Of a stretch of DNA of 64,000 bases, positions 9,601 to 19,892 are shown piece by piece. The position numbers were made by a program, and so were the translations under genes. The stretch is from Verrucomicrobiota bacterium (GTDB taxonomy: Bacteria > Verrucomicrobiota > Verrucomicrobiia > Methylacidiphilales > JBCCWR01). Where the stretch lies: positions 925 through 64,924 of the forward strand of contig JBCCXA010000009.1 of the NCBI GenBank assembly GCA_039192515.1, given 5' to 3'. The notes below the pieces were generated by a model. It was given only the letters and a program-made list of their open reading frames with translations. It was not told the origin of the DNA and did no database searches. Each line of letters begins with the position of its first letter. Within the stretch, counting starts at the first letter, position 1.

Positions 9601-12600
9601 GGCTTTTAGGCCTTGGGCGACAAGATTAGATTTTAGATCGAGTTCACGATAAGTAATTACATCTTGATTCCAGCGAACTGCGATAGCAGTAGGCTGAAGT
9701 GTTGCTTGTGTTTGAAATGCGTCGATAAAGGTCCCGGATTTGAAAGACTTTTGTTCCCCCTTTGAGTATCTAAGGATACAAGATCGTTCCTCTTCAGGAA
9801 TAAAAGCCAAGGATGTAACAGGTTTTTCTGAGTTTTGAGTAAGGGCTTCAAGAAGCTTTTTGAAATGCTTAGCCATGCGTTCAATACGTGCATGAGCAAA
9901 CAAATCACTTCGGTATTCAAACCGTCCTGTTAATGAACCATCGTTATTTTGTGACATCGAGAGCGTGAGATCAAATTTCGCAGTAGAGGCGGGAAGGGGG
10001 AAAGGTTCTATGGTAAGGTCGTGGTTGGTAAATTGAGGAATCTTAGTGTCAGTTTGCCAAAGGAAAAATGTCTGAAAGACAGGTGAGTGGTCCCAACTTC
10101 TCTCAGCTCCTAAAGAAGAGACTATTTGCTCAAAGGGTACACTTTGATTCTCAAAGCCATCCAAGACTGTTTGTCTAACGAGTCTTAAAATATCATGGAA
10201 ACTTTGATGTTTTTGAATGCGAGTGCGTAGCGCTAGTGTATTGACAAACATGCCAACGACTTCTTCCCATTCAGAATTGGGGCGGTGTCCTATGGGACTG
10301 CCTATGATCAAATCTGTTTGATTCGTGTAACGGAACAAGAGTACTTTGAAAGCAGCTAGCAAGGCCATATAGAGTGTAGCCTCATGATCTTTTGACAGAT
10401 TACTGATTTGCTTAGTTAGTTCCCTCGAGATAGTAAAACGCAATTCTGAAGCAACTGGTTTTGCATCAGTATGACGAGGGAAATCAAGCGGCAAATCAAG
10501 AGTGGGGGGTAGATTTTCTAGCTGTTTTTTCCAATATTGTAAGCTGTCGGCTTGGTCTCCTTTTTGCTCATTATAGGCGTAGTCACTATATTGAAGTTTT
10601 AATGTTTTTAGCTCCTCTTTTTGGGCGATAGTTAAGAGATCTCTTAATAAAATTCTTAAGGACCAAGCATCACCGATTAGGTGAGGGATAACTAATAAGA
10701 TAATATGTTGATTAGGTTGTGATTTAAAACAGGAAATTCTTAAAAGGGGTGTATCTGAAAGGTCGAAAGGTTTGTAAGCTATCTTTTGTAATGCGTTACG
10801 AATCTCTTGCTGTCTTTTTTCTTCAGGTAGATGGCTTAAGTCTAAATAATTTAATGAAGGTAGCTTGGCTTTATCTTGCAATACTGGCTTGGGTTTTCCT
10901 GCTTGGTCAGCTGGAAAAGATGTATGAAGTACTTCGTGACGTTGGCAAAGTGTCTGCAGTGCTTGCTCAAGTTGATTGGTATTGAGTGATCCTTGGACTT
11001 GGATTGCTACTGGAATATTATACGAAGGGTTGTCGGGATCAAGTTGTGTAAGAACCCATTGCCTTTGTTGTGCGTGTGATAGAGTAATCGGAATGTTTTT
11101 TGGGCGTTTCTGAATAGGCTTGCTTTGTATTCTATGTGAAGAATCAATAGCTTGGGCAAATTCATGAATAGTAGGATCATCAAATATTGTACGAAGCGGG
11201 AGTTCAACGGAAAAATTTGATCTAACTTGCGCGATCATACGAGCTGCAAGAAGGGAGTGTCCACCAGCTTCAAAAAAGTTAGTGTTACCGTTTGTTAAAG
11301 GGCGTTCTAAAAGTTCTCCCCAAATCTTAGCAAGCTTTTCTTCCGTTTCGGTGACTAAGGGTGAGATAATTTCTTCAAGCTCATGTTGGAATTGTTCTCC
11401 AGGCTGAGGGAGTTTTTTTCGGTCAACTTTGCCATTGGGGTTTAAAGGAAAGGTTTTCAGAACTTGGTATTCTGAGGGAATCATATAACTTGGAAGTTGT
11501 TTGACCAAAAATTGTTTGAGCTTAGGAATAGATAAGTCGGTACTGGGAGATTGGCACCAAGCAACAATGCGCTTTTGTGTTTCAGATCCATGAAGAGATA
11601 CCACAACTGCTTCAATATTTGGGAATTCTAATAGCCTGGATTCAATCTCACTGAGTTCGATGCGGAAGCCTCGTAATTTTATTTGGTGATCGATTCTCCC
11701 CAAAAACTCAAGTGTGCCGTTTGCTTTGAACCTGGCGCGGTCACCTGTGGCATAAAGTCGAGTGCCTCTAAAACTTGTGAACTTCTTCGCTGTTAGACTT
11801 TCTTGCTTGTGATAGCCAGGGCTTAGACCAAGACCTGATAAGTAGAGCTCTCCAGGGATACCAATAGGCATTTCATTATATTGCTCATCCAAGATATGGA
11901 ACCCTGTATTGGCTAATCTTCCACCAATGGGAATACTTTCCTGGTTTAGATGGCCTTTCGTAATTTCTAAAGCACCAGACCAAATGGTGGTTTCTGTTGG
12001 CCCATAAAGATTCCAAAGTGCAGAACCAGAGGCAAAAAGTTGTTTAGCTAAGCTGGAGTCTAAAGCTTCTCCACCACATAATATCTTGAGGTCAGGTGAG
12101 CCTCTCCAGCCGCACTCAAGGAGTAGCCTCCAGCTTGCAGGTGTTGCCTGCATGATGGTGGCTTGGGATTTCTCAAGCAGATGGGTTAAAGCAAATCCAT
12201 CCGAAGCTGTTTCTTCATCAGCAATCCAAAGATGTGCACCAACCATCAGAGGCAATAACAATTCCAATGTTGCGATGTCAAAGGCAATAGTTGTGACAGC
12301 TAAAAGAGTATCTGATGCATTTATGCCAGGTGCCTCAGCCATCGACTCAAGAAGGTTGACGAGGCTCCCATGCTGAATGGGAACGCCTTTGGGTTTTCCA
12401 GTGCTTCCACTGGTGAAAATAATATAGGCAAGAGCGTCTTGTTTTACTGTGATAGGTAGAGGTTCTTTTGAATTTTGGGCAATGAGGGCGGCATCACAGC
12501 TGAGATCAATTACTCGAATACTTTTGTCCGATGATGGAGGTGAGTTACCATTTACAATGATTGTTTTTGCTTCCGAGTCCTCCAGAATCATCTTGAGTCG

Positions 12601-14355
12601 TTCTTCGGGGTGTGATGGGTCCAGCGGCACATAGGGGGATCCACTTTTAAGTATGGCAAGAAGCGAGATCACAAGTTGTTCCGAGCGTGGCAAGCAAAGA
12701 GCGATAGGTGAATTTGAGTTTTGGCTTTGAGAGTGTAGGTAATGGGCAAGTTGATTAGACTTATTTTCTATTTCTTCATAAGTGTAGTGCTGTTTATCAA
12801 AACTAACTGCGGTATCTTTAGGCTTGAGTTGAACTATTTGAGAAATTAATTCATGGATACTTAAGGAAGAAATTTCTTTGGCTGTGCAGTTCCAATTATT
12901 AATCTGTTGCTGCTCTTTGGGGGTAATGAGATTGTGCTTGGAGATAGCTTGGTCAGGAGCATTTACGGCTGCATGTAAGAGAAGCTTAAGATGTTCTGCA
13001 AGCCGTGAAATGGTTTCTTGGTCAAACAAGTCGACGTTGTATTCCAAAAATCCTTGATAACCGTTTTTGGTTTCTCCTACTTCTAGGCTCAAGTCAAAGC
13101 GAGAGCTTATTTTGTCTGGCGCAATGGATTCAAAGTGTAAGGATTGCTTGGCTTTTCCATGGGAGTCTGACTCGGTCTCAGTTCTTAGCAAAAATTGAAC
13201 TTGGAATAGGGGGTTATGGCTCAATTGGCGGTCAATCTTTAAAACATCCACCACTTGTTCGAAAGGGATTTGTTGATGTTGGAAGGCTTCGAGAACTTCT
13301 TTGTGTGTGTTGTTTAGCCATTGACGGAAAGTCCATTGAGAAGTTGGCTGACATCGGAAGACTAGATTGTTGACGAAAAGCCCTATAAGGTTGCGTGTCT
13401 CCTCTCGTTCACGATTAGAAACAGTGGAACCAATACAAAAGTCTTCTTGGCCTGAATAACGAAATAAAAGAGCTTGTAAGATAGAGAGTAGTGCACTGAA
13501 GCATGTCGTACGTTCTGCTTTTGCTAACAAAGCTAAAGCTTCCGAATCCTTTTTTGAGAATTCAATAGGTAGGCGTGATCCATTGAAAGTTTGGCGTTTT
13601 AGCCTAGGACGGTCTGATGGAAGTTTGAGTAGAGGGGAGACACCGTCTAATTTTGTTTTCCAGTAATCGAGTTCAGATTGCAATTTGTCTTGTTGGCTTT
13701 CTTGCCAAACGGCATAGTCGACATATTGGATTTCTAAGGGTGGCAGTTTACTTTTTTCGTTTGAGAGATAGCAGCCGTAGATATATTGCAATTCTCCCAT
13801 AAGGACGCGAAGTGACCAAAAATCAGCAATGATGTGATGAATGACGAGGTGGAGAAGCGTACAACCGCAATCATCCTTACCTAGTTTGGCTCGAATCAGG
13901 GGCAGCTCAGATAGAGTGAAAGGGGATTGGTAAAGTTGTTCTATATCGTTGGCATGGCCCGATCGTAATGCAGGCAATACATACTGTGGTTCAATGATTT
14001 GCCAAGGTGTTCCTTCTTCGGAAATGAAGCGAGTACGCAAAATTTCATGGCGAGAAATGATATCATTAAAGGACTTATAAAGAATCGTTTCGTTAACCTC
14101 ATCTGCGATTTTAAGTGTCGCAGGGATATGATAAACTGTTAAGCCAGGTTGAAGCTGGTCAATAAACCAAAGCCTTTGCTGGGCTGGAGATAGTGGGAAT
14201 CGTTTTTTTTTGTGCGACGCTTTTGAAGTCTTAGTGTCAGTAGATTTTTCAGCAAGAAGTTTAGCTAGAAGCTGGCGCTTTTCTTCAGCACTCAGCTTGG
14301 ACAGATCTGCTTTCTCATGGGCAGATTTAGAAAGTAAATTGTTCTCGTCCTTCAT
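6661..14355 (-). CDS. NRPS, C-A(Gly)-PCP-C-A(Asn)-PCP-E
   Basis: Codes read by eye: DILQLGLIWK (Gly) and DATKVGEVGK (Asn-type). PCPs GGHSL and GGDSI. The terminal E domain has HHLLIDGISW, EGHGR and RTVGWLTS. Start placed at ATG 14355 (AGGA RBS upstream), overlapping the upstream gene's stop. Confidence 0.92.
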   Translation of the reverse strand: MKDENNLLSKSAHEKADLSKLSAEEKRQLLAKLLAEKSTDTKTSKASHKKKRFPLSPAQQRLWFIDQLQPGLTVYHIPATLKIADEVNETILYKSFNDIISRHEILRTRFISEEGTPWQIIEPQYVLPALRSGHANDIEQLYQSPFTLSELPLIRAKLGKDDCGCTLLHLVIHHIIADFWSLRVLMGELQYIYGCYLSNEKSKLPPLEIQYVDYAVWQESQQDKLQSELDYWKTKLDGVSPLLKLPSDRPRLKRQTFNGSRLPIEFSKKDSEALALLAKAERTTCFSALLSILQALLFRYSGQEDFCIGSTVSNREREETRNLIGLFVNNLVFRCQPTSQWTFRQWLNNTHKEVLEAFQHQQIPFEQVVDVLKIDRQLSHNPLFQVQFLLRTETESDSHGKAKQSLHFESIAPDKISSRFDLSLEVGETKNGYQGFLEYNVDLFDQETISRLAEHLKLLLHAAVNAPDQAISKHNLITPKEQQQINNWNCTAKEISSLSIHELISQIVQLKPKDTAVSFDKQHYTYEEIENKSNQLAHYLHSQSQNSNSPIALCLPRSEQLVISLLAILKSGSPYVPLDPSHPEERLKMILEDSEAKTIIVNGNSPPSSDKSIRVIDLSCDAALIAQNSKEPLPITVKQDALAYIIFTSGSTGKPKGVPIQHGSLVNLLESMAEAPGINASDTLLAVTTIAFDIATLELLLPLMVGAHLWIADEETASDGFALTHLLEKSQATIMQATPASWRLLLECGWRGSPDLKILCGGEALDSSLAKQLFASGSALWNLYGPTETTIWSGALEITKGHLNQESIPIGGRLANTGFHILDEQYNEMPIGIPGELYLSGLGLSPGYHKQESLTAKKFTSFRGTRLYATGDRARFKANGTLEFLGRIDHQIKLRGFRIELSEIESRLLEFPNIEAVVVSLHGSETQKRIVAWCQSPSTDLSIPKLKQFLVKQLPSYMIPSEYQVLKTFPLNPNGKVDRKKLPQPGEQFQHELEEIISPLVTETEEKLAKIWGELLERPLTNGNTNFFEAGGHSLLAARMIAQVRSNFSVELPLRTIFDDPTIHEFAQAIDSSHRIQSKPIQKRPKNIPITLSHAQQRQWVLTQLDPDNPSYNIPVAIQVQGSLNTNQLEQALQTLCQRHEVLHTSFPADQAGKPKPVLQDKAKLPSLNYLDLSHLPEEKRQQEIRNALQKIAYKPFDLSDTPLLRISCFKSQPNQHIILLVIPHLIGDAWSLRILLRDLLTIAQKEELKTLKLQYSDYAYNEQKGDQADSLQYWKKQLENLPPTLDLPLDFPRHTDAKPVASELRFTISRELTKQISNLSKDHEATLYMALLAAFKVLLFRYTNQTDLIIGSPIGHRPNSEWEEVVGMFVNTLALRTRIQKHQSFHDILRLVRQTVLDGFENQSVPFEQIVSSLGAERSWDHSPVFQTFFLWQTDTKIPQFTNHDLTIEPFPLPASTAKFDLTLSMSQNNDGSLTGRFEYRSDLFAHARIERMAKHFKKLLEALTQNSEKPVTSLAFIPEEERSCILRYSKGEQKSFKSGTFIDAFQTQATLQPTAIAVRWNQDVITYRELDLKSNLVAQGLKAKGIESGNTVGLKLPRTPDLVIAVIAVMKIGGIYVPIDPQLPKARQDYMTENAGCTLVLDSLAALPLTKNELPLPALRNNLSCYILYTSGSTGKPKGVTVSHEGLMHYLHHALESYPYTEGWGSPVQSSIGFDATITSLLAPLLTGKAVHLLPEENVILALSEVMQTGPSVVKLTPAHLSALEPIFPKDLATDQLPKAIVVGGEALTAGHVKFWRENYPQVRIFNEYGPTETVVGCCIYEVQEKNLTYENIPIGLPIANTQLYVLNESLNLQPIGIAGELYISGSGVAQGYWNQQELTKEKFLPNPFASNPSVGAIMYRTGDQALLRQDGILEYLGRYDEQFQFKGFRIEPGEIESVLRSHKGIKDACVVLRKNQLVAFVESDISEDKLIQFLSEQLPQQIIPSAIRAIKKLPLTSNGKIDRGALPDLENLTSARIYSPRNHCETQLLAIWKTVLGVEKIGIKDNFFQRGGDSILILQVIAKAQQEGISFTPRDLFQHPTIEGLATVAQVGQNHTQEHLPEDQEIVVPLTPIQEWFFKLPLNHPNHWNQSILLSILEPLNIDQLEQAAHTLYRQHPALRSIYTKTNGSWKQTYTPIPKKAPFTKIVETTDEPQKKIEEVAASIQSGFNLTNGPLWHLVYFELNANTKSPCRRLLIVCHHLLIDGISWRILLFDLQNFYAQIGKIGSAELMPPSSTVSKWVEDLNRRAFKGTEKTWKQIEENSLQSPLPVDDPSGKIFMGEAETASLIINEDATAKLLNEVPKNYKIKVDELLLAALARTVTSWTKHHSLGIQLEGHGRQQGDSNLNLSRTVGWLTSLFPVSFPTNTNQTLDDSLKSVKEAFHQLPDEGLSYGVLRGYAKSSLPSIRFNYLGQTDQLLNNSSFFGRATESSGKARHPEDKRDVFFDINAIISEKTLKIYWMYNPSLHQSKTIQTLVERLEKEIKELTDFCINPQSGSGYSESDFSLMDFKPGELDQLLKDL

Positions 14356-17300
14356 GATTATTTTCCTGATCTGCTGGAGTAAGAGATGCGATCTGTTGTT
14401 TCCGGTCGATTCGTTTGCTAAGCGTAGATACAGTAGGTGCATCAAAGAGGTCGATTACGGTAAGTTCGACTCCAAATGTTTCTACAACTTTGGCGATCAG
14501 TTGGGTTACTAAAAGCGAATGTCCACCGAGCTCGAAGAAATTTTCTTCGACTCCAATCTCATCTATTTCCAGCGTAGCGGTAAAAATATCGGCAAGTTTG
14601 ATTTCAGTAAGTGTTTGCGGAGGTGTTCTGACTGTTACTCGATTATCATTTGGTTCCGGTAGTGCTTTTTCGTCAAGCTTTCCATTCGGAGTAAGAGGTA
14701 GTTCATCTAGCCAAATGAAGGCAGAAGGAATCATGAATTTGGGCATTTTTTGTGAGAGATATAATTTAATTTCCTCATCACTTTCGTGTTGTTTCTTGTG
14801 GGGAATTGCATAAGCCACGAGTCGCTTATTACCCTTATCAGATGTTTTGACCCTAACGAGGCCAACCTTGATGTCTGGATGTGTTTCTAAAACAGTTTCT
14901 ATTTCTTGTAGCTCAATGCGGTAGCCACGGATTTTTGTTTGGTGATCAGTTCTTCCCAGAATTTTAATTCGTCCATCAGAAAGGTACGAAGCAAGATCTC
15001 CACTTTTATAAAGTAGTGGGATATTGTAGTTACGTCCTTTGACCGGAGGAAATGGATTCGGAATAAATCTCTCTGCTGTAAGTGATGGACGATGATGGTA
15101 TCCACGAGCGAGACCTATACCCCCAATATGAAGTTCACCAACAACTCCTGGTGGGCATATTTCCAAAGAGTCATTTAGTACGTATAATTGTTTATTTGCA
15201 CTAGGTGTGACTGTGGGTGTGAGTGGAGCACCATTTCCGCAGGTTACCATACTAGCATTGACACTTGTCTCTGTAGGACCGTAAGCGTTGATGAATTTTC
15301 GGCCTTGGCTCCAGTGCTCAATTAACTCCTGTGGGGGCGCTTCACCTCCCACTAGAACCATCTTCAGTGAAGGATATTTATGTGCAGGAAGAGCATTTAG
15401 GGCAGATGGTGTTATGGTGATATGACTTACCTGGTGCTTATTAATCAAATCGCGCAGTGAGGGGCCGGGAAGTAAGTTTTCGGCTGGTGCAAGGAGTAGC
15501 TTAGCTCCAGCGGCGAGTGTCATAACAAATTCAGGAACAGAGCCATCAAAACTGAATGAGAAAAATTGAAGAATACAATCATCTGAGGTTATCTCACAAA
15601 CCCGAATTTTATCCTCTGTTAAGTTAACAAGTCCGCGATGTTGAATAAGTGTGCCTTTAGGTTTTCCAACGGAACCTGAAGTATAGATAAGATAGGCTAG
15701 ATTATCAGGTTGGACATTTGTTTTTGGATTTTTTGAAGAATAAGATGAGAGTGAGATTGTGTCTAGATTGATACGAGTCAGAGTTTTTTCAACTGAATCC
15801 TCAATAGTGAAATCACCGGTGGTAATGAGTGCTGATGAACCTGAGTCGGATAAAAGGAAGCGGAGCCGTTCTTCGGGGTAAGTGCGATCAAGAGGTAAGT
15901 AGGCAGCTCCAGCTTTTAGAACAGCAAGTAATGAAATGACCATTTCAAATGAGCGCTCTACAGCTATGCCAACGACACTTTCGGGTTTAATTCCCTTTTC
16001 GATGAGGAAATGAGCTAGCTGATTGGCACGTTCATTTAGCTTTCGATAGTTGAGTTCGGTAGAGCTTCCGTTGTCAAAAACTAGAGCAATAGCTTCAGGT
16101 GTGCGTTCGACTTGAGCTTCAAAAAGCTGGTGATAGCAAAGTGAATCTTTGAATGGCTTATCATGCGAATTCCATGATTGAAGATAAGCTTGTTCTTCTG
16201 TTTTAGTAAAAATGGAAAGCCCGGAAATGGGTGAAGTTGAGTTTTGGATAATCGATTTTAAAAGACCAAGAAAATGGTTGGACATTCTATCAACAGTCTC
16301 TCTTTTGAAGAGATCGGAGTTGTATTCGAATCCTCCAACAAGTCCTTCATCTGTTTCATAGAGATCGAGTCCTAAATCATGTTTGGCAGAAATCTGTTCT
16401 TGTGCAAGGGGCTTAAGACTTAAGCCTGGGAGCTGTAGTTCTGAGGTGGAAGCTCTCTCTAACTGAAATTTTACTTCGAAGATAGGACTTCTACTCATAT
16501 CCCGTTCAGGCTGAATCGCTTCAACGAGTTTTTCAAAGGGAAGGTCTTGATTTTCGTAAGCAGATAGAGTTGTGGAACGAACTTGTTTTAGTGTGTCTAT
16601 AAAGCTTGCTGTCGGAGAAATTTGAGTTCGTATGACAATGGAGTTGACGAAAAAGCCTATCAAGCTTTGGACTTCGTATCGGTGCCTATTGGCAATGGGG
16701 CATCCGACTAGGAGGTCATTTTGTCCAGTGTAGCGGTTCAAAAGTAATTTGTATGCGGTTAGCAAAACCATGAATAGGCTCGCCGATTGGTGCTGGCCAA
16801 TTTCTCGAAGTTGTTGAGTTATTTTATCAGGAATATTGAAGTGAACCATATCACCATTCGAGGTTTGCATTCTCTGGCGCGGGTAGTCAGTGGGTAGGTC
16901 AAGAGTTGGAAGTTCTCCAGAGAGTTGTTTTTTCCAATAATCTAATTGGTTTTTGAGTCCTGCATCATCCAAGGACTTGTGTTGCCAGATAGCAAAGTCA
17001 GCATATTGGATGGGAAGAGGAGTAAACTCAGGTTTAGTTCCTAAGAGGTGCGAGCGATAAGCCTGAACCAGTTCCTTGATTAGAACTTCAAAAGACCAAC
17101 CGTCAGTAATTATATGATGAAAACAAAAAAGGATCACAAATTTTTCATCCTTTATTTGATAAGCTGATGCTCTGAAAAGAGGTGCTTGATCTAGGGAGAA
17201 GGGGGTTGTTGCCATGATCTCAATTTCCTCCTTAATATGAGACTCAGGGCTTGGCTGGTCGCGGTGGTCATCAAAGATAAAATCGATAATTGCTCGGCTG

Positions 17301-17740
17301 AGAATTTCTTGAACTGGTTCACCTTTAATTGAAATAAAACGGGTTCGTAGTATTTCATGTCGTTCTATGAGTGTGTTTAGACTCTCTTCTAGAATTTCTA
17401 GATCTAAAGTACCTTGCAGCTCTAGAGCAAAGGGGACATTATAGGTCCAGGATTCAGGTTGCATTTCTTGCAGAAACCAGAGTCTTTGCTGCGAAAATGA
17501 GAGTGGAATTTTCTGTGGGCGAGGGTCACAACGCTCAATTTGAGCTGTTTTCGGCGTGTCTCTGGGAGCCGATAAAAAGGAAATAATTTCGGCTTTTTGC
17601 TGAGAAATTTGCTCTTTAAACTCATTAATAATCTTGGCAGAACCGCTGATTTTCAATTTGCCTTTAACGACCTGTAGGTTAATACCCCGATTTTGTAAGT
17701 CTGCTAAAAATGAAGTAATATTGGAGCTTTTAGCTTTCAA
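14327..17740 (-). CDS. NRPS, N-terminal docking domain-C(LCL)-A-PCP, substrate unclear
   Basis: LSFSQQRLWFL, HHIITDGWS, YTSGSVGKPKG, YGPTE, GGHSL. Code read as DGPTLGAVNK. The N-terminus ITSFLADLQNRGINLQVVKGKLKISG resembles a beta-hairpin (TubC-N type) docking domain. TTG start. Confidence 0.92.
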   Translation of the reverse strand: MKAKSSNITSFLADLQNRGINLQVVKGKLKISGSAKIINEFKEQISQQKAEIISFLSAPRDTPKTAQIERCDPRPQKIPLSFSQQRLWFLQEMQPESWTYNVPFALELQGTLDLEILEESLNTLIERHEILRTRFISIKGEPVQEILSRAIIDFIFDDHRDQPSPESHIKEEIEIMATTPFSLDQAPLFRASAYQIKDEKFVILFCFHHIITDGWSFEVLIKELVQAYRSHLLGTKPEFTPLPIQYADFAIWQHKSLDDAGLKNQLDYWKKQLSGELPTLDLPTDYPRQRMQTSNGDMVHFNIPDKITQQLREIGQHQSASLFMVLLTAYKLLLNRYTGQNDLLVGCPIANRHRYEVQSLIGFFVNSIVIRTQISPTASFIDTLKQVRSTTLSAYENQDLPFEKLVEAIQPERDMSRSPIFEVKFQLERASTSELQLPGLSLKPLAQEQISAKHDLGLDLYETDEGLVGGFEYNSDLFKRETVDRMSNHFLGLLKSIIQNSTSPISGLSIFTKTEEQAYLQSWNSHDKPFKDSLCYHQLFEAQVERTPEAIALVFDNGSSTELNYRKLNERANQLAHFLIEKGIKPESVVGIAVERSFEMVISLLAVLKAGAAYLPLDRTYPEERLRFLLSDSGSSALITTGDFTIEDSVEKTLTRINLDTISLSSYSSKNPKTNVQPDNLAYLIYTSGSVGKPKGTLIQHRGLVNLTEDKIRVCEITSDDCILQFFSFSFDGSVPEFVMTLAAGAKLLLAPAENLLPGPSLRDLINKHQVSHITITPSALNALPAHKYPSLKMVLVGGEAPPQELIEHWSQGRKFINAYGPTETSVNASMVTCGNGAPLTPTVTPSANKQLYVLNDSLEICPPGVVGELHIGGIGLARGYHHRPSLTAERFIPNPFPPVKGRNYNIPLLYKSGDLASYLSDGRIKILGRTDHQTKIRGYRIELQEIETVLETHPDIKVGLVRVKTSDKGNKRLVAYAIPHKKQHESDEEIKLYLSQKMPKFMIPSAFIWLDELPLTPNGKLDEKALPEPNDNRVTVRTPPQTLTEIKLADIFTATLEIDEIGVEENFFELGGHSLLVTQLIAKVVETFGVELTVIDLFDAPTVSTLSKRIDRKQQIASLTPADQENNHEGREQFTF

Positions 17741-17859
17741 TGGTGTAGAAGGTTGGGGTTGACTGGTGGTTTTTAGGCGAGTATTTTTAGGGTATCAGCC
17801 TTGTCAATTGCAAGGCTTTGAGTAGTTGATTTAAATTCTCTCTTTGCGTCTATTTATTC

Positions 17860-19890
17860 ATGAAAAGTATAAATGAAACATTATATGATCACTTTCGCAA
17901 GCTTTTTGAGATTGAGTCTAAATCTAAACAAGAGGCTTTTTTAGTTTACAACTCTAATTATTCGGAAGGGGAATGGGAAAAACAATATGACGTTTTTACC
18001 TACTCGGACCTGTATGAGAGGGTTATGATTATTTCTCAGCACATGAGGGAAAAAAAATTGCATGGGCAGATTTTAATTGCACAGGATACGGGTATCGAAT
18101 TTGTAGCTTCTTTTTTGGCCTGTCTTTTTACTGGAAGGATTGCCGTGCCCATTCCCAAGCCAAAGATGGCAAAAGAGGGGCAGAGGTGGGTGCATGTAGC
18201 AAAGGATGCTGGGGCAGTTGCAGTATTATCCGATATGAAGGCCCAGCAATTTTTCCGACCTCTAAATGGCTTGGAATGTATTTGTACGGCGGAGCTAACC
18301 GAAAAAGCAGAAATGAATCTGGAAAGGCCTCGGCTAGAAGATGTGGCCTTTTTGCAATACACCTCAGGTTCTACAGGGTTGCCAAAGGGAGTCATGGTGA
18401 CGCATGCAAATATCATGCATAATCTATCTGCAATTCAGCAGCGTTTTGGCCATACCGAGGATAGTAAGGGGGTGATATGGCTTCCGCCGCATCACGATAT
18501 GGGCCTTATTGGGGGGATTTTGCAGCCGATTTTTGTTGGCTTTCCTGTGGTATTGATGTCTGCGAGCACCATTGTAAGAGCTCCTTATAAGTGGCTAGAA
18601 GCTATTCATCAATTCAAAGCGACAACCAGCGGGGGGCCTGCCTTCGCCTACCAACTTGCTGCTCAAAGGATAACTCCTGAAAACAAGCAATTACTGGACT
18701 TGTCATCCTGGGAACTAGCATTTGTCGGTGCAGAAACAGTTCGGGCAAATGTTTTGCAAGAATTTGCAACTGCATTTGTAGAGTGTGGTTTCAATCCGAA
18801 AGCTTTTCTACCTTGTTATGGCATGGCGGAGGCTACCTTAATGGTCAGTGCGCCAGAAAAAGGAACGGGTTGGCGCCTAGCTCAAGCGAAGCAGGCGGGA
18901 GAAGTGCCACGAGTTTCTTGTGGGCATGTCTCTGAGGGGATACAGGTATTGATTGTTGACTCAGACAATAAAATCGAGAAAGAGAACGGAGAAATAGGTG
19001 AGATTTGGGTTTCAGGTTCGAGTGTTGCCAGAGGGTATTGGAATAACGAACAAGCGACCCAAGATATCTTTAGAGCAAGTCTGTTTTCGTCGCTAAGCTC
19101 TGAGAACTATCTAAGGACCGGTGATCTTGGCTTTCTCGATCAAAATGAACTAGTGATCTGTGGCAGGCTCAAGGATTTGATCGTGATTCATGGTCAAAAT
19201 TACATACCTACGGACCTTGAGGAGTCTGCAGCAAAAGCGATAGGTCTGAATGCTAGTTCGATCGTAGCATTTGCTATTGAAAATGGGATAGAAGAACAGG
19301 TCGTCATGGTTTATGAAATGCGGCCGAGTCAAAGAAATGGGCGGTCATGGGAAGAAATATCTATGAACGTCTATGATTGTATTCTTAGCGAGTGGGCTTT
19401 AGCAATTGCTTATTGTATAGCTGTGAATCCGGTCAGTTTGCCTCGAACAACTAGTGGTAAATTGCAAAGAAGGCAGTGCTGCCAAAATTTCCAAGAAAAA
19501 AGATTGAGCACTTTGTTTGAGCAGAGTTTTCTTGGAGATGATACCGCGGGCGACTTACTTGATCTTCCTCAGGATCAGGAGTCATTCAACCACTTTGTTT
19601 GTGATCAGTTTGCCAGAGTATTGGGACTAAGTGGGAGTCAACTTGATCACCGTAAGGGCTTTTTTGAAATGGGACTTACTTCCGTGACCGGTATGGAATT
19701 AAAAGCTCGCTTAGAAAGGAGTCTCAAAATGGAGCTCCCTGCCACTCTTATAATTGATTATCCAAATCTTGAGACGCTTCTACTTTATCTAGGGAACCAG
19801 CTATTTGATAAAAGAGAAAAATCTGAAAACTATTTTGAAGTAGTGGACAAGCAACTGGACGAGTTAGAAGCCTTGCTAGATGATTCTTGA
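17860..19890 (+). CDS. Fatty acyl-AMP ligase (FAAL) fused to ACP
   Basis: FLQYTSGSTGLPKGV, WLPPHHDMGLIG, FLPCYGMAEATL, LRTGDLGF, LPRTTSGK. C-terminal ACP FFEMGLTS. Confidence 0.92.
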   Translation: MKSINETLYDHFRKLFEIESKSKQEAFLVYNSNYSEGEWEKQYDVFTYSDLYERVMIISQHMREKKLHGQILIAQDTGIEFVASFLACLFTGRIAVPIPKPKMAKEGQRWVHVAKDAGAVAVLSDMKAQQFFRPLNGLECICTAELTEKAEMNLERPRLEDVAFLQYTSGSTGLPKGVMVTHANIMHNLSAIQQRFGHTEDSKGVIWLPPHHDMGLIGGILQPIFVGFPVVLMSASTIVRAPYKWLEAIHQFKATTSGGPAFAYQLAAQRITPENKQLLDLSSWELAFVGAETVRANVLQEFATAFVECGFNPKAFLPCYGMAEATLMVSAPEKGTGWRLAQAKQAGEVPRVSCGHVSEGIQVLIVDSDNKIEKENGEIGEIWVSGSSVARGYWNNEQATQDIFRASLFSSLSSENYLRTGDLGFLDQNELVICGRLKDLIVIHGQNYIPTDLEESAAKAIGLNASSIVAFAIENGIEEQVVMVYEMRPSQRNGRSWEEISMNVYDCILSEWALAIAYCIAVNPVSLPRTTSGKLQRRQCCQNFQEKRLSTLFEQSFLGDDTAGDLLDLPQDQESFNHFVCDQFARVLGLSGSQLDHRKGFFEMGLTSVTGMELKARLERSLKMELPATLIIDYPNLETLLLYLGNQLFDKREKSENYFEVVDKQLDELEALLDDS

Positions 19891-19892
19891 TC

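Noticed and set aside
6661-10000. N-acyl-D-Asn prodrug motif (colibactin/xenocoumacin type)
   Set aside because: D-Asn is preceded by a Gly module in the same protein, so it is not directly acylated, and no ClbP-like peptidase is present.
10660-10700. Second C domain of the 2594-aa NRPS reads PHLIGDA instead of HHxxxDG
   Set aside because: The catalytic second His and the Asp are retained, so this is likely tolerated variation.
17797-17817. Inverted repeat AGCCTTG-N7-CAAGGCT in the divergent NRPS/FAAL promoter
   Set aside because: Single occurrence overlapping a probable -35 (TTGACA on the minus strand). It could be an operator, but no regulator or second copy supports it.
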